This document shows positions 20,114 to 29,219 of a stretch of 64,000 nucleotides of DNA, in pieces (positions within the stretch are counted from its first letter, which is position 1; every line of letters starts with the position of its first letter). Both the position numbers and the translations under genes were made by a program. Source of the DNA: Sedimentisphaerales bacterium. GTDB taxonomy: Bacteria; Planctomycetota; Phycisphaerae; Sedimentisphaerales; SM23-30. The DNA lies in the NCBI GenBank assembly GCA_963663965.2, contig CAXXFK010000024.1, forward strand, positions 64,001 to 128,000. Direction: 5' to 3'. Below the pieces are notes generated by a model, which had not been told where the DNA came from, did no database searches, and saw nothing but the letters and a program-made list of their open reading frames with translations.

Positions 20114-20470
20114 TTAAAAATCATCAACCGCATCTTCCCGCCGATCATAGAACTCGAAGATCCGATCCAGATGGGTCAATTGAAATATCTCATACAGATT
20201 CTTCTTAAGACAGCAAAATTTCAAATGCCCACCCCGCTCTTCAACGCGTTTGCTGAAACGGATGAGTACGCCCAACGCGCTGGAACTCAATGAATTGACA
20301 CGACGGAAGTCCAGAACGAGTTTCATGTCGACTGGTTTTCCAATCGCCAATGATAACAATTCTTCACCCAACGCATGAATCGTTAAATCATCGAGAATTT
20401 CAGAGTCTTGTATGACAGCTATCGTCACGCCAAATTCTTCCATAATTCTAATTTTTGTTTTTTCCTGCAT
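20114..20470 (-). CDS. STAS domain anti-sigma factor antagonist
   Basis: LVLDFRRVNSLSSSALGVL, GGHLKFC, IFQLTHLDRIF; 118 aa. Confidence 0.9.
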   Translation of the reverse strand: MQEKTKIRIMEEFGVTIAVIQDSEILDDLTIHALGEELLSLAIGKPVDMKLVLDFRRVNSLSSSALGVLIRFSKRVEERGGHLKFCCLKKNLYEIFQLTHLDRIFEFYDRREDAVDDF

Positions 20471-20494
20471 TGATCTATTCCTTCTTGAAATTGT

Positions 20495-20804
20495 TTATAA
20501 CCAGAGTATTTCATTACTGCGACGCATGCTGATTTCATCTACTACACCACGGCATTTCCTGGTAGCCAGTAAATATAAAACAGCATCCACTTCTTCAGCA
20601 AGAATCGATTCATCTGGATTGAAATCAGGTCGCATTTGACTGGCCATCGGAGTATCCACGCCTCCCGGGCAACGCGTATGTACCCTGCCCCTATTAACCA
20701 CTGCGATCCATAATTGGCCAGTTGCTCGGCAATGGCGCTCCCGATCCCTCCACCGGCGCCGGTAATCAATGCTACTTTCCCGTTAAGTGGCCATAATCGA
20801 TCAT
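20495..20804 (-). pseudogene. Decayed short-chain dehydrogenase/reductase (frameshifts plus large internal deletion)
   Basis: MIDYGHLTGK* shifts frame to KVALITGAGGGIGSAIAEQLANYG, then another frame gives RVHTRCPGGVDTPM...AVLYLL (SDR C-terminus). About 100 codons in total; NNAG and YxxxK segments absent. Confidence 0.8.
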
Positions 20805-20811
20805 AGTTTCA

Positions 20812-21870
20812 CTAGCCTTCGTTCCGCATTTTTATTTTCATACTCCGTAGCTGCCCACAGGCCGCTTCGATCTCACTGCCCTTACTTTTTCGTAAATGAG
20901 CATTAATACCAGCGTTTTTCAATGCTTCAACAAACGACTTGACTCCAGTTGGAGAAACCGGATCAAATGGACTTCCCGGCGTTTTATTATAATTTATGAC
21001 ATTCACATTACACCGGCTTTTTCCGATCAAATCGGCCAGCTGTCGGGCGTGATGAGGACTTGAATTAACCTCCGCTAATAAAACATACTCCAACGTCACT
21101 TCACGATGTGTATTGTGATAATAATCATCGATGGCATCAAAGATTTCGGCCAGCCGGTATTTTTGAGCCCAGGGAATCAATTTCGCTCTCAAAGCATCAT
21201 CCGGTGCATGCAAACTCACTGCCAGGGTAAACTGCTCCGGTTCCTGTCCAAATAATCGAATACGCTCCGGCAATCCGATCGTACTCACCGTTATATGCCG
21301 AGAAGCTATTTTCATACCCCATCCAGCATTCAAAGTACGCATGGCCTGCAATGAGGCTTCATAATTCAGGAAAGGCTCTCCCATACCCATTAAAACAATA
21401 TGAGATATTCTTTCATCCTTATTCAGAAGGGACGCCGCATGGAGAACCTGTTCGACAATCTCTCCGGCGGTCAGTGACCGCTGTAAACCGGTTTGTCCTG
21501 AAGCGCAAAACCCGCATCCAACCGGACAGCCGATCTGGGTAGACACACACACGGTATGACGATTGGCTTCCCGCATCAATACCGCTTCAGAATACTCATC
21601 CTGCTCCCATTGAATTAATAATTTTTGCGTGCCATCCGAACACTCATGAACCTGACGAATTGCGCCGGAATAAATGGTACAACGGCTCATCATGATTTCT
21701 CGCAACGTTTTTGACAAGTTGCTCATTTTGTCCCAATTACCAGCACGTTGCTCATAGACCCATTTTAATATCTGGTCAGCGCGCCAGGCGGGTTGCTGTA
21801 TCGAAAGCAAGTCCGCTTTGAGCGAATCACAGGTCATATCCAAAAGATGCGGTTTCGAGTTCACTGCCAT
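20812..21870 (-). CDS. rlmN: 23S rRNA (adenine2503-C2)-methyltransferase, radical SAM
   Basis: CVSTQIGCPVGCGFC, MGMGEP, LAVSLHA, VTLEY, IEAACGQL. Confidence 0.95.
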   Translation of the reverse strand: MAVNSKPHLLDMTCDSLKADLLSIQQPAWRADQILKWVYEQRAGNWDKMSNLSKTLREIMMSRCTIYSGAIRQVHECSDGTQKLLIQWEQDEYSEAVLMREANRHTVCVSTQIGCPVGCGFCASGQTGLQRSLTAGEIVEQVLHAASLLNKDERISHIVLMGMGEPFLNYEASLQAMRTLNAGWGMKIASRHITVSTIGLPERIRLFGQEPEQFTLAVSLHAPDDALRAKLIPWAQKYRLAEIFDAIDDYYHNTHREVTLEYVLLAEVNSSPHHARQLADLIGKSRCNVNVINYNKTPGSPFDPVSPTGVKSFVEALKNAGINAHLRKSKGSEIEAACGQLRSMKIKMRNEG

Positions 21871-21892
21871 TCCTGAAATGAATCAAAGAAAA

Positions 21893-22912
21893 CTAAATTT
21901 TAAACAAGTCGCCGTATTCTTTCATTTGTTCCGGAGATTGAGTACGGGCTGACAAATAAGCTAATTCTATTACTGAGATGGAAGCCAGGTGGTCCACTGC
22001 CTGACTGACAGGCAGATTAACCAGGCCCTGGATACAATCGGAAAAATGCTGTAATTGCAGCAGTGGGAAGTTCTCGGGTAACAGTTCAGATCGATATTCA
22101 TCCAAACATACACCCATTAGATCTTTTTGCCGGTAAATCGCCTCTTCCACTTCAATGATACCCTCAGTACCATAAAAAACGATTCGGGTTCTGGATGGAT
22201 CAGCCATCCAGGTACATATTACCTCAGCTACCGCTCCGCCATTAAATCCCAAAGTCAGAACCGCAGTATCTTCGGTCTGTAAAGGAGGTAAAAACCGTTT
22301 TGAACAGAAATTCGTATGATGACAAAAAATCGATTCGGGTCTCCCGATTGCCAGGATTATCTGATCGATCAGTGGATAACCCAAATCCATCAGCACCCCA
22401 CCCCCGGCAAGAACCGGATCGCCTCGATAACCTGGATTATCCGGAATATTCATATACCCTTCCGCGCGGATCAAAAATATTTTGCCGATTAAACCATCCT
22501 GAATGGCCCGTCTGGCACGCCCAAATACCGGATTAAATCGCCAGGGCGCTTCCACCTGAAACAGGCGTTTAACTTTATTCATCCCTGATATCCATTGGGA
22601 AGCCTCCGCTACAGTTCGACCAACAGGCCCCGTTTTAAATACATGTAAACCGTTGCGAATCGCCAGGGTTATACATTCCTGGCAGGCATGAGATGGCATT
22701 AATAAGACCAGAGCATCCAGTTTCTCCTGGACAATTAATAACCGCAAATCATCGTATCCCGTTACATCCAGTTCCCTGGCAACCTGATCAGCTTTTTCCC
22801 GGTCTGGATCGCCGACAGCCACCACTGCAAAATGGTCCTGATCCGTCAGGAAATCGATATAGGCGCGATAATCGACTGAAAGTCCTATGATACCTGTTTT
22901 TAGTTGTTCCAT
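21893..22912 (-). CDS. Gfo/Idh/MocA family oxidoreductase (divergent)
   Basis: KTGIIGL, WRFNP, GLIGKI, AGGGVLMDLG, EDTA, YGTEG; the canonical EKP motif is degenerate. Confidence 0.8.
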   Translation of the reverse strand: MEQLKTGIIGLSVDYRAYIDFLTDQDHFAVVAVGDPDREKADQVARELDVTGYDDLRLLIVQEKLDALVLLMPSHACQECITLAIRNGLHVFKTGPVGRTVAEASQWISGMNKVKRLFQVEAPWRFNPVFGRARRAIQDGLIGKIFLIRAEGYMNIPDNPGYRGDPVLAGGGVLMDLGYPLIDQIILAIGRPESIFCHHTNFCSKRFLPPLQTEDTAVLTLGFNGGAVAEVICTWMADPSRTRIVFYGTEGIIEVEEAIYRQKDLMGVCLDEYRSELLPENFPLLQLQHFSDCIQGLVNLPVSQAVDHLASISVIELAYLSARTQSPEQMKEYGDLFKI

Positions 22913-22924
22913 ATTCTTATCAAT

Positions 22925-22961
22925 TAAAAAGAAAACGCTCCTGATCTCTTATTCAGGAGCG
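22925..22961 (-). terminator. Intrinsic terminator of ahcY
   Basis: CGCTCCTGA...TCAGGAGCG stem (22936-22961) followed by TTTTCTTTTTT on the minus strand. Confidence 0.8.
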
Positions 22962-22998
22962 CCTATTATATGTCAGATAACAGGATATTCAACACTAA

Positions 22999-24324
22999 TC
23001 AATACCGATAGTGTTCAGGTTTATAAGGCCCATCCTTGGGAATCCCCAGATAATCCGATTGCCGGCCTGAAAGGACTTCCAATCGAACTCCCAGTTTGGT
23101 CAAATGCAAACGAGCCACTTCTTCGTCCAGTTTTTTCGGTAAACAATAAACCTTATTTTCATAGGACTTATAATTTTTGAACAGTTCGATCTGGGCTAAT
23201 ACCTGGTTTGTAAAAGAATTACTCATAACAAACGATGGATGGCCGGTTGCACACCCCAGGTTTACCAACCTGCCTTCGGCCAGCACGATAATACTATGCC
23301 CATCCGGGAAAGCAAACAAATCAACTTGAGGCTTGATATTCATTTTCTTTACACCGGGATAAGCCACTAAACCAGCCATATCAATTTCAATATCAAAATG
23401 ACCAATATTACATACGATGGCCTGATCTTTCATCCGCGCCATATGTTCTACTGTAATCACATCGCAACATCCAGTGGTTGTTACAAAAATATCCCCTTCT
23501 TCCACGGCATCATCCATAGGCTTCACTTCATAACCTTCCATGGCCGCCTGTAAAGCACAAATCGGATCGATTTCCGTAATAATAACCCGGGCTCCATATG
23601 ATTTCATTGACTGGGCGCATCCTTTACCTACATCGCCATATCCTGCAATTATCACAACTTTACCGGCCACCATCACATCTGTGGCACGCTTGATACCATC
23701 CGCTAATGATTCACGACACCCATATTTGTTGTCAAATTTACTTTTGGTAACCGAATCATTTACATTAATGGCAGGACACAGCAACTTCCCTTGTTTCTGT
23801 AATTTTTCCAGATTATGCACACCTGTTGTCGTCTCCTCGGAAATCCCGCGAACCTGTCGCATCATGTCAATATATTTTGGCAACAACATCATATTGGTAA
23901 GGTCGCCGCCATCATCCAGAATCATATTCGGACCTTTGCCATCCGGCCAATCTATTGTTTGCTCAATACACCATTCGTATTCTTCCAGTGTTTCTCCTTT
24001 CCAGGCGTAAACCGGAATATCCTTTGCCGCAATAGCAGCGGCAGCATGATCCTGGGTGGAAAAGATATTGCAACTTGACCAGCGAACTTCTGCGCCTAAC
24101 TCAATTAGTGTTTCAATCAGAACAGCCGTTTGGATAGTCATATGAATACAACCCGAAATCCGAGCGCCCTTTAATGGCTGAACCAATCCATGCTCCTTAC
24201 GTAAACTCATCAGTCCTGGCATCTCCTTTTCTGCCAGAACGATTTCTTTACGCCCCCATTCCGCCAGTGAAATATCTTTTACTTTATAATCCATTTTTTT
24301 TGTCGTTTCAGTTAATTGAGACAT
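22999..24324 (-). CDS. ahcY: S-adenosyl-L-homocysteine hydrolase
   Basis: [66 protein letters not shown]. Confidence 0.98.
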   Translation of the reverse strand: MSQLTETTKKMDYKVKDISLAEWGRKEIVLAEKEMPGLMSLRKEHGLVQPLKGARISGCIHMTIQTAVLIETLIELGAEVRWSSCNIFSTQDHAAAAIAAKDIPVYAWKGETLEEYEWCIEQTIDWPDGKGPNMILDDGGDLTNMMLLPKYIDMMRQVRGISEETTTGVHNLEKLQKQGKLLCPAINVNDSVTKSKFDNKYGCRESLADGIKRATDVMVAGKVVIIAGYGDVGKGCAQSMKSYGARVIITEIDPICALQAAMEGYEVKPMDDAVEEGDIFVTTTGCCDVITVEHMARMKDQAIVCNIGHFDIEIDMAGLVAYPGVKKMNIKPQVDLFAFPDGHSIIVLAEGRLVNLGCATGHPSFVMSNSFTNQVLAQIELFKNYKSYENKVYCLPKKLDEEVARLHLTKLGVRLEVLSGRQSDYLGIPKDGPYKPEHYRY

Positions 24325-24637
24325 CTAATACCTCACAAAAGGTTAAGCTTTTTAGTTAGCGTCATAATCCTGAACATATAACGTCCGATATTACTTTAAC
24401 ATAATCTGCTCTCACTAACAAGATTATCGGCTGAAATTTACCCTAATTCTTTAAATAATAATCCGATACATATCATTAGCACATAGGAAACCACCAATCA
24501 GCCTGATCCGAAAAGGCATCTTTATCCCTATAATCAGCAAAATCCATTTTTTAGGCACAACCTGAATTATCCATATCTTTGGAATTTGTTTATAAGTCCA
24601 TATTTACATTAATTTTATCGTCAAATACAAATTCAAG

Positions 24638-24667
24638 TTGACAGGACTCTGTCACGATAGATAAGAT
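24638..24667 (+). promoter_or_regulatory. Sigma70-type promoter for the HTH-REC operon, with an inverted repeat over -35
   Basis: TTGACA (24638) - 18 nt - TAAGAT (24662); TGACAG-N4-CTGTCA at 24639-24654. Confidence 0.55.
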
Positions 24668-24709
24668 AGCTAACATAGGCAATATAACTAAACTTTAACT
24701 AATAGATAA
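24656..24709 (+). repeat. Imperfect 9-bp tandem direct repeats (consensus NATARNTAA)
   Basis: GATAGATAA GATAGCTAA CATAGGCAA TATAACTAA in phase (24656-24691), then TTTAACTAA (24694) and AATAGATAA (24701). Confidence 0.7.
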
Positions 24710-24733
24710 CAAATTCTCGTTGAGGTATCTCTT

Positions 24734-25300
24734 ATGAAAAATGTTTATTCAACGGGTGAAGCAGCTCAAGTATGCAAAGTCAGCCAGCAAACAATTATCA
24801 GATGTTTCGACTCTGGTAAACTCCAAGGGTTCCGGGTACCAGGTTCAAGATTTCGCAGGATACCCCGTGAAAGCCTGGTCAAATTTATGCAGGAGAACGA
24901 TATCCCGCTGGATAATCTCGATAACGGTCGTCGCAAAGTGCTGGTTGTTGATGATGATCCAGAAATTGTTGAACTGATGGTGGATGTATTGGAGCGGGAT
25001 GGGCGCTTTGAAGTAAAAACAGCCGCCAGCGGCTATGATGCCGGTGTTCTTACCCAGGAGTTCCAACCAGATATGATGATCCTGGATTATATGCTGCCCG
25101 ATGTCAATGGGAATGTTGTCTGCAAAACCATTCGCCAGAATCCTATTTTTGAACACATGAAAATTATTATTGTCAGCGGAGTTGTCAACCAGGATGAAAT
25201 TAATGAGTTGATCAATCTGGGTGCCAATGATTTCATGAAAAAACCTTTTAGTATTGATGATTTGGTAGGAAAGATGGTGAAGTTACTTGGGATCAACTGA
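24734..25300 (+). CDS. Response regulator with N-terminal excisionase-like (Xis/BldC/MerR-type) HTH
   Basis: YSTGEAAQVCKVSQQTIIRCFDSGKLQGFRVPGSRFRRIP followed by a REC domain (VLVVDDD, ILDYMLP, VSG, KKPF). Confidence 0.9.
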   Translation: MKNVYSTGEAAQVCKVSQQTIIRCFDSGKLQGFRVPGSRFRRIPRESLVKFMQENDIPLDNLDNGRRKVLVVDDDPEIVELMVDVLERDGRFEVKTAASGYDAGVLTQEFQPDMMILDYMLPDVNGNVVCKTIRQNPIFEHMKIIIVSGVVNQDEINELINLGANDFMKKPFSIDDLVGKMVKLLGIN

Positions 25301-25341
25301 TCTTGTAAAAGAAAAGAGAACGGTTTGACCGGAACAATGCA

Positions 25342-27630
25342 ATGAATCGCGATCAACATTTAAAAAGTAAAAAAATCGAGTTGGTTTTGCAACAGCTGAA
25401 CAGCTTGCCAACTCTACCAGCCGTGGCCGCCCGGCTATTACAGTTGACAGTTGCCAACGATACTCAAGCCCAGGAGGTAGTCCGCCTGATTGAGTCGGAT
25501 CCTTCTCTGGCCAGTAAAATTATCGCCATGGCCACAAACGCCTCAACTGGAATTGGTCGTCAAACCGTTACACTTAGCAAAGCCGTGGTACTACTGGGAT
25601 TCGATGCGGTCCGTAATGCCGTTTTGAGTATTAAGGTATTTGAGGCGCTGGGAAAAGAAAATGACCAGAATGTCGATTTTGACAAAATCGGTTTCTGGAA
25701 ACACAGTCTGGCGGTTGCCTGTGCCGCCAAGTTGATAGCAGAGCTTGAAGAGAAAAATATTGATCCGGAAGAAGCTTTTTTATGTGGCTTGCTACATGAT
25801 ATCGGCAAACTGGCCCTGGTCACTTGCCTGCCTCGCAGTTATAACCGGGTTATAGAACTCACTGAATCGACTCTCGGCAATATCGCCGAAACTGAAAATG
25901 TGGTCCTAGGCATTGACCATACCATAGCCGGAAAACGCCTGGCGGAAAAATGGCAGATGCCCGATGCCATTATCGAAAATATCTGGTTGCATCATCAATG
26001 GGTTAAGGGGCTGCCGGATGTCATCAAAAATAAGCGTATTATCCAAATTGTACATCTGGCCGATATTATTGCCCGCGAACAGCACATCGGTTATTCAGGT
26101 AATCATGTGATTCAGGATTCCTCCATGCAGGTTGCCCGCGATCTCGGATTCCGCGACCAGACCGTCAAAACAATCATCCAGAAACTTCATGAAGAAATTG
26201 GTCGTCGGGCTACTATTCTTGGGCTGGATGAAATTGATCCGGAAGAACTCTATCGCGAAGCCCTGTCCGACGCCAATTCAGAATTAAGCCGTCTGAACAG
26301 CCGGTTGCAGAATCAGAACAACCGCTTAAAAGTGCGTAGCGATTACCTTGATCTGTTAAACCGTTTAGCCGGATCTCTCAATGCCGGCCAGACAGTAGCG
26401 ACCGTATGCGAAACCATAGCCAGTCATTGGCGTAATCAACAACAATGCCAGGGATGCGCCGTTTACCTGACCGATTTCAACAGCGAAATCATCGAAGGTA
26501 TTTTCTATTCAGGGTCCGACAATCAATCGACTTCTTTCATCGTTGACCTGACTGAAGATCCCACCAGTGACCTGAATGAAGCGGGAGGGAATCCATTTGT
26601 TCCTTCACATGTCAATGAAACGCATTATTGGTTTTTTGAACAAGTCGCCCCGACATTTAACATGGGTTCAACAATCGCAATACCACTAAACATTGGCCCC
26701 CAACTCAAAGGCGGCATTCTCTGGGAATCACCTGAGAGCCTGGAATACTATAAAGATCAAGCCGCTGAAATTCGAGCCTTCGCGTCCTGTGTATCCCTGT
26801 TGCTTAACCAGGCGCATATTTTGCAAAATCAATCACGGTTATGTGAACAGCTCACCCGTGGTAATGAGCTGTTACAACGGGCTCAAAAAGAATTACTACG
26901 CAAACGAAATCTGGCTGCCGCAGGCGAAATGGCCGCTGGAGCGGCCCATGAAATTAATAATCCACTGGCTGTTATCGTTGGACGTTCCGAATGGCTCGCC
27001 AAAGACGAAACGGATCTGAAACGCAAAGAAACACTCGAAAAAATCGCTCAGCAAGGCAAATTGATCACTGATATTATAACTGAGTTAATGGCATTCGCCA
27101 AGCCAACCCTGCCTCAACAAAAAGTCAGTAATATCGAACAGATTGTAACCGACGCAGTTCAGCAACTGGAAAAACACCCCGATACTACCGCTGAAATTCA
27201 GGCTAATTTCGAAGAGTTTCTACCTGAAGTATTCACGGATTCCGAACAAATTTCATTGGCCATAACCGAGCTGCTTCTCAATGCGATTCAGTCATATCGG
27301 GCTCAACAAGTTCCTGAAATTACGATTTCAGCAGCTTGTAACGATGTGACACAAGAAGTGTGCATCGAAATCGCTGACCAGGGTTGCGGAATGGATGACC
27401 AGACTTTAAAAAAGGCTTTCGATCCTTTCTTTTCCGCCAAGCAGGCCGGCCGCAGACGTGGCATGGGACTCAGCCGCGCCTTACGTCTGATCGAAAGCAA
27501 TGGGGGTTCCCTGAGGCTTATCAGCCAGCCCAATCAAGGGACGATCGCAACTATCACCCTGCCTTTTTCGCAAAATAATAATGTTGTGGGAGTCACGACA
27601 GATCCCTTGTCCGGCTCAAGTTTCAATTAA
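25342..27630 (+). CDS. HDOD-domain / GAF-like / histidine kinase
   Basis: LPTLPAVA, DPSLASKII, FWKHSLAVA, GLLHDIGK (HDOD); AHEINNPL H-box, NAIQ, DQGCGM, FDPFFS, GMGL. Confidence 0.9.
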   Translation: MNRDQHLKSKKIELVLQQLNSLPTLPAVAARLLQLTVANDTQAQEVVRLIESDPSLASKIIAMATNASTGIGRQTVTLSKAVVLLGFDAVRNAVLSIKVFEALGKENDQNVDFDKIGFWKHSLAVACAAKLIAELEEKNIDPEEAFLCGLLHDIGKLALVTCLPRSYNRVIELTESTLGNIAETENVVLGIDHTIAGKRLAEKWQMPDAIIENIWLHHQWVKGLPDVIKNKRIIQIVHLADIIAREQHIGYSGNHVIQDSSMQVARDLGFRDQTVKTIIQKLHEEIGRRATILGLDEIDPEELYREALSDANSELSRLNSRLQNQNNRLKVRSDYLDLLNRLAGSLNAGQTVATVCETIASHWRNQQQCQGCAVYLTDFNSEIIEGIFYSGSDNQSTSFIVDLTEDPTSDLNEAGGNPFVPSHVNETHYWFFEQVAPTFNMGSTIAIPLNIGPQLKGGILWESPESLEYYKDQAAEIRAFASCVSLLLNQAHILQNQSRLCEQLTRGNELLQRAQKELLRKRNLAAAGEMAAGAAHEINNPLAVIVGRSEWLAKDETDLKRKETLEKIAQQGKLITDIITELMAFAKPTLPQQKVSNIEQIVTDAVQQLEKHPDTTAEIQANFEEFLPEVFTDSEQISLAITELLLNAIQSYRAQQVPEITISAACNDVTQEVCIEIADQGCGMDDQTLKKAFDPFFSAKQAGRRRGMGLSRALRLIESNGGSLRLISQPNQGTIATITLPFSQNNNVVGVTTDPLSGSSFN

Positions 27631-27672
27631 TTAACCAGTCAAACAGGCTGATCATGCAAATGTCCCGGAGAT

Positions 27673-28779
27673 ATGGAGAACATTTTGCCGTTAGAATCGA
27701 ATAAACTGGTAGTCCTGTCTCTGCTTTCTGAAGCCATTGGCCAGGAAGTCAAACAGGCTCTTTCCCACCATAAAGAAATCAAGATTCTTTCTTGTGTTCC
27801 TGCCAATCATTCCGGCGGTTTTAGAAAATATCTGACACCTGATTTCTGGTCAGCCATTGCGGAACGGGATTTTGATATTGTTTTGCTGCAATTTGACTCG
27901 GAAAGCCAGCAGGAGTTGGATGCTTATCCCAAAACACAAACGTCCTCCACAGAACCCTGGCCCTGGAACGCAATTGATCCAACTGTTATCGCGACTATTA
28001 CAGATTCTGATCAAGCCCTGACAGCCGCGGCGGCTCAATATGATTTCTCCGGGATATTGGTTATGCCACTGGACAGTAACCAGATCATACAGTCTTTTGA
28101 TATCGCACTCCGACGCCATCGCACCCGCAGGCGGTTTGCCAGACGATATGAAAAAATTGTCGCGCTTTTGAAGCGGGTCAATGGTGAACAGAAACGTTTA
28201 CGCCAGAAAGTGGACCTGGTTTGCCAGGATCTGGTGCAATCCAATATCGATCTGGCCCGGTCTATCTCCTCATTAAGAGAGGCGTATGAATTCCAGATGG
28301 ACATGACGGGCGAATTCGATATCAAAGTGTTATTGCACAAGGCGCTGGCTGTTATCAGACAAAAAACACCTGACACGGGCCTGTCAATATATTTATGTCA
28401 ATCTCGGCAATTCGAAGCTCATATTGTCTCTGACTGGTTTGAACAGGCACACGATCTGCATGATATCGAGTTTGCTTTTTACCAGACCATCCTGCCGGTA
28501 TCAACCCACAAACCACTCCTGATAACGGATGCCGGAACACTACCCAGACTGACCAGCCAGCAACGCCAGATCATGGCCAACCTCTCAGTACTGGCCATGC
28601 CCTTGCGGACCAGTGAAACAACTGTCGGAGTATTATTCCTCTATCGTCAGATGGATAATCCAGTGACCAACGCGGAACGATTGGCAATATCCACCTTTAT
28701 TGCTCCCCTGTCCCGCTCTATCGAATCATTACAGCGGCTAAACAATCATCTGGCCCAGCAAACTATCGCCTTGCAATGA
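27673..28779 (+). CDS. Degenerate receiver-like / coiled-coil / GAF-like protein
   Basis: N-terminal DIVLL...ILVMPL receiver-like fold, a central coiled coil, and C-terminal SVLAMPL...VGVLFLYR GAF-like strands; no output domain seen. Confidence 0.55.
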   Translation: MENILPLESNKLVVLSLLSEAIGQEVKQALSHHKEIKILSCVPANHSGGFRKYLTPDFWSAIAERDFDIVLLQFDSESQQELDAYPKTQTSSTEPWPWNAIDPTVIATITDSDQALTAAAAQYDFSGILVMPLDSNQIIQSFDIALRRHRTRRRFARRYEKIVALLKRVNGEQKRLRQKVDLVCQDLVQSNIDLARSISSLREAYEFQMDMTGEFDIKVLLHKALAVIRQKTPDTGLSIYLCQSRQFEAHIVSDWFEQAHDLHDIEFAFYQTILPVSTHKPLLITDAGTLPRLTSQQRQIMANLSVLAMPLRTSETTVGVLFLYRQMDNPVTNAERLAISTFIAPLSRSIESLQRLNNHLAQQTIALQ

Positions 28780-29007
28780 TCGCCTATATTTCTTAAGGAC
28801 ACCACTAAAATTCATTCAGGGTTGCAAGTGATCTGGCTTCCTTCCGGGCTGCGTCACAATAAAGCGAACATATTCAAATACGCCCGGTTCTTGGTTTCTG
28901 GCCATAGACAAATCATCCTCGCTTTCGCCTCTAATACAATTTTTAGAGGTACCCTAAAATTATCCATGTCGGTTATATACGGCAATCCCTGCTATCAAGT
29001 GAGGGGT

Positions 29008-29036
29008 TTGACAAAAAATGCATCTTGAACTATGAT
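29008..29036 (+). promoter_or_regulatory. Sigma70-type promoter upstream of otsAB
   Basis: TTGACA-N17-TATGAT. Confidence 0.65.
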
Positions 29037-29219
29037 GATCTGAATTACCTGACTTATATTAATTCAATATTCAAGATCATATCGCCCAAATGTTCTGATC
29101 TTCAACATCAATGATATCCCATTGAAGTTGTGCCGTTTTATATATTTGATCTTTTATTGATTATTCGATAGAATTGCTATTCTGGCAAATACTGATGTTT
29201 GCCTATCAGGATGACCAAA

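Noticed and set aside
20772..20781. G GGA AAG TAG as a functional -1 frameshift site in the SDR
   Set aside because: It would repair the N-terminus, but the gene also lacks its catalytic core, so it is a pseudogene either way.
24325..24480. SAH/SAM riboswitch upstream of ahcY
   Set aside because: AT-rich leader with no recognisable conserved riboswitch core.
28810..28935. Possible degenerate REP/MITE-like element
   Set aside because: Only a weak imperfect inverted repeat, with no second copy in the window.
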